A DNA stretch of 64,000 nucleotides, from NCBI GenBank assembly GCA_963810095.1, contig CAWEMM010000002.1, forward strand, positions 1 through 64,000, given 5' to 3'. Below the pieces are notes generated by a model. That model saw nothing but the letters and a program-made list of their open reading frames with translations. It made no database searches and had not been told where the DNA came from. Source of the DNA: an uncultured Chloroflexia bacterium. Its GTDB lineage: Bacteria; Chloroflexota; Anaerolineae; CG2-30-64-16. Each line of letters begins with the position of its first letter. The stretch's first letter is position 1. Positions 55,729-64,000 of this stretch are shown here, piece after piece. The translations under genes were made by a program, and so were the position numbers.

Positions 55729-57825
55729 CGCTCACCTCCCGTTGCGACGCCGGCAAAGACAGCCAGGGGCACTTCCATGAAGAGCGGGCGCTTTGTGCCG
55801 TCGACAACCTCCGGGTCGGGGATGCCTTCGTCGCGGAACAGGCGGCGGATCAGCGCCGAGCAGGTCTTCGAGCCGCACGAGCCCATCCCGGCCCGCGTGA
55901 CCGCCTTGATCTCGTTCACGTCGCGGTAGCCCTTGCGAATCAGCGTCCGGATCTCGCCGGCCGTAACCCGCTCGCAGCGGCAAACGACCACGTCGTCGGT
56001 CAGCCGCTCGACATAGTGGTCCATCGGCTCGGCCACCCACTCTTCCTGCACCTGGATGCCGGCGATCCGCTTCGCGACCGCGGCCGGCGCCTTCACCTGC
56101 ACCAGGACCGTCCGGTCATTGGCCTTGGCCGCCCGCACCCGGCTCACTTCCACGTTCCCCAACGCCTCGCCTGCAACGTCGAGCACGGTCACGCGTGTCG
56201 CCCGGCTTGATCGTCTCGCGCAGGAACTCGTAGGGGATCGTGACCGTGGGCGCGGCCGCATCCTTGCGGTAGTCCACCAAGCGTGATCGCCAGGCCAGGG
56301 CAGACGGTTACACACTTCTCGCACCCGATGCAGCGCTTGCCGAGCTGCTCGGCGATGAACTGCGGCACGTTTCGGATGTCGTTCTCGTCGATGAAGATGG
56401 CGCCCTGCGAGCAGACCGACGTGCACGGGTTGCACGGGATTTCCTGCTGGCAGTGGAATACGGGGAAAACATCCTCCTGTTTCCGCCGGAATGACCTCGG
56501 GCGCCACCTTGCCCGGCTTCGAGCGCAGGATTTCGGCCGTGCGGTACCAGTCGGGTGGGATTTGGTCCACGTCTAGGCCGAGCGCCCGGGCGATCTCCAG
56601 CCCCTTGATCTTGCCCGAGAACATGGCTGCAGACGCCTCGGCGATTTCTTCCGCATCCCCGGCCGCAAAGGCCGTCAGCCCGAAAGCCTGCGCCTTGGAA
56701 AAGAACTCGTCGACCGGATCGAGTCCCACTGCAATGAGCACGGTGTCGCACGCAAAGGACTTCTCGGTCCCGTGGATGGGGCGGAACTTCTCGTCCACCT
56801 GTGCGACGGTCACGGACTCGACACCGTCCGTCGCCGTTGGCGCTCAGGATGGTGTGCGACGTGTAGATGGGGACGCCCATGCGGTGCAGCTTGTCCTTGT
56901 GCACCTTGTAGCCGCCGCACTCGGGCAGCGCCTCGACCAGCCCCACCACCTGGATGCCCGCCTGGAGCGCGTGGTAGCCGGCGATCAGGCCGACATTGCC
57001 CCCGCCGACGATGAACAGCCGCTCGGCCGCCCGGACCAGGTCGCGATTGACCAGTGTCTGGAACGCGCCCGCCCCGTAGACGCCCGGCAAGGTGTTGCCG
57101 CGGAACGCCAGCGATTTCTCCCGCGCGCCCGCAGCCACCAACAACACCTGCGGCTTGACCAGTGCATACTGGTTACCACCCTTGAGCACGCCTACCTTGC
57201 GGTCGCTGAACACCGCCAGCGCCGTGCTGTTTAGCCAGACGTCGACTTCGGGGAGATCCCGTACCTGGGCTTCGAGCTTCGTCGCAATGTCGATGCCCCG
57301 CGTCCCGGCGTAGACGGCGTTGATCGACCCGAAGAAACGGTGCGTCTGCAGCACCAGCTTGCCGCCGAGGCGGTCTTTATCGTCGATCAGCAGGCAGCGG
57401 ACGCCGCGCTGGCCCAGTTGGATGGCCGCCGACATGCCGGCTGGCCCGCCGCCGATGATGAGCACGGGGACGTCGATTTCTTCGATCTCGCGCATTTCCG
57501 GCGCTGTGGCGACCTTGGGCAACTCGGGCAGCCGGTCTACCGGCTCGACCCGCATGCCGTCCGTGACCGGGGTCATGCACGATTTGACCGGCATGCCGTC
57601 GGCCAACACGAGACACTGGGCACACTGGCCGTTGGCACAGAAAATGCCTTGTGGTGAGCCATCCTTGGGATGATGTCCGAAGACCCGAACGCCATTCGCG
57701 AAGAGGGCGGAGGCGATGTTTTCGCCGGCGAGCGCTGCGAGTGCCTCGCCGTGCCAGAAAAATGTTACGCTCGGACGCGGCGCTGAAGACAAGATGGGGT
57801 GGGCTGAAATCCGATACTCGGCCAT
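55725..57825 (-). CDS. Fused 2Fe-2S / FAD-NAD(P) oxidoreductase / 4Fe-4S / BFD-like protein, sarcosine oxidase alpha / proline dehydrogenase partner (several indels)
   Basis: GIFCANGQCAQC, GGGPAG, GGGNVG; alternate-frame CQQEIPCNPC..C and CIGCEKC..C; CRCE..RAGMGSCGSKTC. Confidence 0.8.
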
Positions 57826-58048
57826 TGGCTCTCCTTTGAACCTGGAGGTACAAGTACGTTATATCACCGCGGGGCAGGAGCGTCTATGACCTCGCGCAGC
57901 TATGCGGCGGGCCGGCCCAGGCCGCAGGCCGGGGTGGACGAGGCGGATGGATCGGATCAGCGCCGGCAGGAACCGCCACGGTCGGCCGCATCCGCGTTCA
58001 TCTGGGTTGTATTCCGGCGCCGGGCGCCTCTGTGCTATACTCGGCCGC

Positions 58049-61000
58049 ATGAAAATCGTCGCTGACCTCCACATCCACTCCCATTACTCCCGGGCTACGA
58101 GTAAGAACCTCACTTTCGAACACCTGGCGCGCTGGGCGCAGCTGAAGGGCGTCCAGGTCGTCGGTACGGGCGACATTGGGCATCCCGGCTGGTTGCAGGA
58201 GATGCGCGACAAGCTCGTGCCGGCCGAGCCAGGGCTTTACCGCTTGAAGGACGAGTACGCGCATGAGGTGCAGCGGACCGTGCCGCCGGCGTGCCAGGGC
58301 ATCGTGCGGTTCCTGCTCGGCGGTGAGATCAGCAATATCTACAAGAAGGCGGGCGCCGACGGGCAGCCCCGCACGCGCAAGGTCCACAACGTCGTCTTTG
58401 CACCCGACCTCGACGCGGTAGCAGCTCTGCAAGCCCGGCTCGAAAAGATCGGCAACATCCGCTCGGACGGCCGCCCGATCTTGGGGCTCGACTCGCGCGA
58501 CCTGCTCGAAACGCTGCTCGAGGTCGACCCCGCTTGCCACCTGATCCCCGCGCACATCTGGACGCCGTGGTTCTCGCTGCTCGGGTCGAAGTCGGGCTTC
58601 GACCGCGTCGACGAATGTTTCGGCGACCTGACCTCTCACATCTTTGCGGTTGAGACCGGCCTGTCCTCAGATCCCCCGATGAACTGGCGCGTGTCGCAGC
58701 TCGATCGCTACACGCTTGTGTCCAATTCCGATGCGCATTCGCCGGAGAAGCTCGCACGCGAGGCGACGCTTTTCGACACGGAGTTGTCCTACCCGGCCAT
58801 CTTTGGCGCGCTTCAGACCGGCGACCCAGGCACCTACCGCGGCACGGTCGAGTTCTTCCCCGAGGAAGGGAAGTACCATCTGGACGGCCACCGGGCGTGC
58901 GGGATCGTGTGGGAGCCGGCGACGACGCGCGAGCACGGCGGCGCTTGCCCGGTCTGCGGCAAGGAAGTGACGATCGGGGTCATGCACCGTGTCGAAGAGC
59001 TTGCCGACCGCCCAGCGGGACGAGCGCCCTTGCGAACCTACCCCTTCAACAGTCTCATCCCGCTCGCGGAAGTTCTTGGCGAAGTGTTGGGCGTCGGCGC
59101 AGGCTCGGGGCGGGTGGAGCAGGAGATGCAGAAGCTGCTGGCCCGGCTCGGACCAGAGCTCGCATATCCTCCGAGAGGCCGGGCTCGAAGAGATCCGCCG
59201 GGCCGGTGGCGACCGGCTGGCCGAAGGTATTGAGCGTATGCGGCGGGGCGAGGTCGACGCGCAGGCGGGCTACGACGGCGAGTACGGGGCCATTCGTCTG
59301 TTCACCGCACGAGCCGCCGGCCATACGGTGCAGGGCGGCCTGTTCGCCGAAATCGAGACCCATGCCGGTCGGGCCTGAGCCCGCGGAGCCCGGCGCTCCT
59401 GTGCAAGCCCCGGCAGCGCCAGACGCCGACACGGCGCAGGAGGAGACCGCAGTCGGAGATGGGTGGCAGGCGTCGTTCTTCGACCTCGACGCCGGTTTGG
59501 AGCCGGAAGCGCCGGTCGCAGGGTCAGGCGGCTTCACCGTGCCCGTTGCGGCCCTGCTGGGCGGCCTGAACGAGGCACAGCGCGAGGCGGTGCAGTGCGT
59601 GGACCGCTCTGTCGTCATCTCGGCCGGCCCGGGCACCGGCAAAACCCGCACGCTCACCCACCGTATCGCTTTCCTCGTGCTGCAGCAAGGCGTTGCGCCC
59701 GAATCGATCCTGGCCATTACGTTTACGAACAAGGCGGCCGAGGAGATGGCCGAGCGGCTCGCCGCGCTGCTGGGCAAGCGCAGCGCCGGCATCACGGTCA
59801 AGACCTTCCATGCGTTCGGCGCATCCCTGCTGCGTGAGTACGGGCGGCTGCTCGGCATTGATCCGCGATTTCGTCATTTGCAGCGAAGAAGATCGAGGCG
59901 TGCTCCTGCGCTGGGCCTGCCCCCACTTGTCCCAGTCCGAGCTCCAAGCGACGCTCGACGCGATCGGCGAGGCGAAGAACCAACTGCTAAGGCCCGAGGA
60001 ACTGGAGCCGGAGCCGGCGGCCCGGTACTGCGGCGTACGAAACCGCGTTGGCGGGCAGTCATGCGCTGGATTTCGACGACCTGGTCGCCAAATGCGTGCG
60101 GCTGCTGGAAACCTGTCCTGACGTGTTGGCGGCCGTCCGGGCGCGCTACCGCTGGCTCTCCGTGGACGAGTACCAGGACGTCAACGCGGCGCAGGTGCGC
60201 CTGCTGGCGCTGCTGGCCCAGGGCGGGGCGAATCTGTGCGTCATTGGCGACCCCGACCAGGCCATCTACGGCTTTCGGGGCTCGGACCGCGGCTACTTCC
60301 TCGCCTTTCAGCAGGAGCATCCCGAAGCGGCAGCGCTGCATCTCTCGGAGAACTACCGATCGACGCAGGTGATCCTCGACGCGGCCGTGCAGGTCATCTC
60401 GGGTGAGACCGAGCACGTCTGGGCCGCGCGACCTGCGGGCGGTTCAGGCGTTTGCGGATTTCGCCGACCAGGTCAAGCTGGACGTCTACCACGGGCCCAC
60501 GGACCGCGCCGAGGCCGAGTACGTCGTGCACCAAATTGAGCAGATGGTGGGCGGCACCAGCTATTTCTCGCTGGACTCGGGCCGCGCCGCCGGCGACGTG
60601 CCCGAAATATCGCGGTCGTTCGCCGACTTTGCGGTGCTCTACCGGCTTGGAAGCCAGAGCCGGCTGCTGATCGAGGCGTTCGATCGTTCCGGCATTCCGT
60701 ATCAGACGGTCGGGCACGCGCCCTTGCACACGGAGCCGGACGTGCGCGCAGTTCTCGCTCACCTGTGGCTCCTGCAAAACCCGCTTTCGCGGCTGCACTG
60801 GCTTGCCGTGCTCGATGCCTCAAAGACGAGCGGCGCACCGGCCGCCGCCGACCGCATCCTGGCCCGTCTCGAAAGGGAGGAGAGCGGCAGGCGATCGTTG
60901 AGCCGTGCCCTGGCCGACGTGGCGAGCGATGCAGGCAGAGGCGCCGATGGGCAGCTCTTGCGGCTCAGCAAGCTCTATGGCGAGCTGCAGGGCCGGAGCA

Positions 61001-61514
61001 GCGTGACGCGGGCCGTCGAGCGGGTCTGGCAGTACCTGCAGGCCGAGCGGCCGGGGTTCGAGGCTCGGCACACGTCGACCAACTGCTGCGCCTGGCCGGC
61101 CCCTTCGGTGATGGCCTGCGCGACTTCCTCCTGGCCCTGGTGCTGCGCGCCGAGACCGACGCCTACGATCCCCGGGCCGACCGCGTGACGCTGATGACGC
61201 TGCATGCGGCGAAGGGGCTGGAGTTCCCCGTGGTCTTTATGGTGGGCTGCGAGGAAGGCTTGCTGCCCTACAGTCGCAAGGGCGAAACGCCGGACGTCGA
61301 CGAAGAGCGGCGACTGTTCTACGTGGGCATGACCCGGGCGGAGCAGAAACTGGTGCTTTGCCATGCCCGCAAGCGGTGGCTCTTCGGGCAAGCGATGGAG
61401 AACCCGGCGTCGCGCTTCCTCGACGATATCGAGGCAGCGCTCAAGGTGCTCAAGCAGATGGAGGCGCGGCGCAGAGAGCCCAAAGAGGGGCCTTCACAAC
61501 TGGCGTTGTTCTAG
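58049..61514 (+). CDS. Endonuclease Q-like PHP domain fused to a UvrD/PcrA helicase (several indels)
   Basis: DLHIHSHYS, IPAHIWTPW, SNSDAHS, GKYHLDGHRAC..CPVC; AGPGTGKT, ITFTNKAA, DEYQD, GDPDQAIYGFRG, ENYRS, TLHAAKGLEF, EERRLFYVGMTRA. Confidence 0.87.
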
Positions 61515-61529
61515 CGGGTAATCGGGCCT

Positions 61530-61593
61530 AAACACAAAGGCACAAGGACACGAGGAGAAGAACTGCTCGTCGTGTCCTTGTGCCTTTGTGTTT
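61530..61593. repeat. 9-nt-periodic palindromic element
   Basis: aaacacaaaggcacaaggacacgag...cgtgtccttgtgcctttgtgttt between convergent genes. Confidence 0.85.
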
Positions 61594-61602
61594 TGGTATG
61601 AC

Positions 61603-63055
61603 TTATCGCAGGGCCAGCGTGCTCACCGCCTGCTGTACCGCCTGGATGAACGGGAACTGCCAGAAGCCCAGGGCGATCGTTCCCGCTGCGGCCAGGACGA
61701 CCACCGCCCAGACCGGCCAGCCATTTTTGGGCAGGTCCGCGCCGGACGGTCGGGGCTCAGACATGAACATGGAGACGGTGACGCGCAGGTAGTAGAAGGC
61801 GGCGATGGCGCTGTTGATCACCGCGATGATCGCCAGCCAGACCATGCCGGACTGCACGGCCGCGCCGAACACGTACAGCTTGCCGAAGAACCCGGCGAGC
61901 GGCGGGATGCCGGTCAGCGCGAACATGAAGATCGCCATGAGCACGGCCAGCGCCGGCTGCCGGCTCGAAAGGCCCGCCATCCGCTCGATCGACACGTCGT
62001 TTTCCTCACGGCGCTGCACGGCCAGCAGCACCGCAAACGCGCCCAGATTCATGAAGGTGTAGACGAGCAGGTAATAGAGCGAGGCCTGCGCACCCTGTGC
62101 GGTGCCCGTGGCCAGCCCAACGAGAACATAGCCGGCCTGCGCGATGCTGGAATACGCTAGCATGCGCTTGAGGCTGGTCTGCCGCAGCGCGGCCAGGTTG
62201 CCGATTGTCATCGTGAGCACGGCCAACACCGCGAGGCCGATGAGCCAGGGCCGGTCGTAGCTGACAAACGATCCCAGCACGCGGATCAGCGAGGCGAACG
62301 CTGCGGTCTTGGTCGCGACGGACATGAACGCGGTCACGGACGTCGGCGCGCCCTGGTAAACGTCGGGGGTCCACTGGTGGAACGGCACCAGCGCGACCTT
62401 GAAGCCGTAGCCGACCAGCAAGAGCCCGATACCGATCGGCAGCAGCGGCGCAAAGGGCAGGGTCACCGACAAAGGCGCCATACCCTGGCTGATCTGGGTC
62501 AGGTTCGTCGTCCCGGTCGCCCCGTAGATCAGGGCGATGCCATAGAGGAAGAAGCCGCTGGCGAACGCGCCCAGCAGGAAGTATTTCAGCGATGCTTCGG
62601 CCGAGCGGGCGTCGCGCCGGTTGTAGCCGGAAAGGATGTACAGCGCGAGCGAGAAGATCTCCAGGCCGAGGAAGATGATCAGGAAGTCGTTCCCCTTCGC
62701 CATCGCGATCATGCCGGCGCTGGCCAGGAGGATGAGCGCATAGTACGGGCCGGGATGCCGCGTGAAATCTTCGGTGCGCTGGACGGCAAGCAGAATCGCC
62801 AACCCGGCCGCGATCAGACACCGCGGTGGCGGCGAAGAGTCCGAGCTCGTCTGCCAACGACATGCCCTGGAAGTCAGGTGAGGCCGGCCGCACAAGCCAC
62901 ATCTCGGCGCCGGCGGCAATCACTGCCACCAGGCTGAACCAGCCCAGGATGCGCTTGTTCTTGAGGATCACGTCTGCCAGCAGCAGGAGCAGCGATGCCA
63001 CGACCAGGATGACCTGCGGCATGATTGCCAGTATGTTCAACGTAGGAAAGTTCAT
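61603..63055 (-). CDS. nuoN: NADH-quinone oxidoreductase subunit N (frameshift near 62820)
   Basis: EASLKYFLLG, FKVALVPFHQWTPDVYQGAP, KRMLAYSSI, GIPPLAGFFGK. Confidence 0.93.
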
Positions 63056-63066
63056 CGCACTTGCCC

Positions 63067-64000
63067 CTACTTGTCGATCGTTGTACCGGCGCTCGTCAGG
63101 CCGGCGGGCGCCATGCTCACGGCGGGCGCTCGGCGGTTGACCGCGTCTGCCACCGCTTGAGCCGATGGGTTGATCTTGTCGAAGAACAGGTTCGGGAACA
63201 GGCCGATCACGAAGAACAGGATGATCAGCGGAACAAGCGTGATGACTTCACGCGGCCCCAGGTCGCGCACCTGCTGGTTTTCCGGCTTCGTGACGGGTCC
63301 GTGCAGCATGAGCCGGATGGCCCCCAGGAGGTACCAGGCGGCGACGATGATGCCCAGCGTGCCGAATACCGCAAAGACCGGGTTCGTCTGGAACGCGCCG
63401 AGCAGGATGTTGAACTCGCCGACGAACCCGTTCAGCCCGGGCAGGCCGACCGACGAGAGCGCCACAATGATGAACAGGAACCCGTAGACGGGGATCGTCT
63501 TCCACAAGCCCCCATATTCCGAGAGCAGCCGGGTGTGCCGCCGGTTGTACAGCATGCCGACCATGAGGAACAGGGCGCCGGTGCTCAACCCGTGGTTGAC
63601 CATCTGCAGCGTCGCGCCCGCGATGCCCTGGCTGTTCAGCGCCATAATGCCCAACATGACGAAGCCGAGGTGGGCCACCGACGAATAGGCGACGAGCGAT
63701 TTGACGTCTTTCTGCACGAGCGCCACCAGGCCGCCGTACAGGATGCCCACGATCGCAAGCGCCGCGATCCAAGGCGCAAAGGTTTGCGTGGCATCGGGGA
63801 AGAGCGGCAGGCAGAAGCGCACGAAGCCGTACGTGCCCATCTTCAGCAGGACGGCCGCCAGGATGACTGACCCACCCGTCGGCGCCGCCACGTGTGCGTC
63901 GGGCAGCCAGGTGTGAAACGGGAAGATCGGCACCTTGACCGCGAACGCCAAGGCAAAGGCCAGGAAGAGCCACGTCTGCGCACCGGCCGGGATGCGCTGA
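63067..64000 (-). CDS. nuoM: NADH-quinone oxidoreductase subunit M (3' part; starts beyond window)
   Basis: FAVKVPIFPFHTWLPDAH, LLKMGTYG, LVAYSSVAH, GLPGLNGFVGE. Confidence 0.95.
   Translation of the reverse strand, partial: QRIPAGAQTWLFLAFALAFAVKVPIFPFHTWLPDAHVAAPTGGSVILAAVLLKMGTYGFVRFCLPLFPDATQTFAPWIAALAIVGILYGGLVALVQKDVKSLVAYSSVAHLGFVMLGIMALNSQGIAGATLQMVNHGLSTGALFLMVGMLYNRRHTRLLSEYGGLWKTIPVYGFLFIIVALSSVGLPGLNGFVGEFNILLGAFQTNPVFAVFGTLGIIVAAWYLLGAIRLMLHGPVTKPENQQVRDLGPREVITLVPLIILFFVIGLFPNLFFDKINPSAQAVADAVNRRAPAVSMAPAGLTSAGTTIDK

Overview
GC-rich bacterial chromosome segment. By inference it is Chloroflexota (Anaerolineae/Caldilineae-like), based on LTAC lipoproteins with VEKVVT stalks and Pro/Thr-rich linkers. 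About a dozen genes carry single-base indels that look like long-read assembly errors. Contents in order: a liv branched-chain amino-acid ABC operon; housekeeping genes (bactofilin, prs, rdgB, HIT protein, tkt, birA, eno); a 12-kb stretch with three large multiheme cytochromes c (NapC/NirT-anchored 16-heme, MtrC/OmcA-like decaheme, OmcB-like 2x5-heme), no porin, and a CSC-motif P1B ATPase; a hydantoinase plus ubiquitin-like protein; three peptide ABC operons; an ECF sigma/anti-sigma pair; a DEDDh exonuclease overlapping an uncharacterised Pol-beta-like nucleotidyltransferase; a sarcosine/proline-dehydrogenase-like complex; an EndoQ-UvrD fusion; and nuoM/nuoN. The most unusual signals are: (1) circularly permuted family-5 solute-binding proteins in two tandem ABC operons whose ATPase genes are nearly identical and strongly G-skewed, (2) the porin-less multiheme cytochrome set, (3) the exonuclease-NTase gene pair, (4) a dispersed 9-nt-periodic palindromic repeat family, and (5) a duplicated eno 3' end that differs only at synonymous sites. 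No rRNA, tRNA, CRISPR array or transposase was seen.
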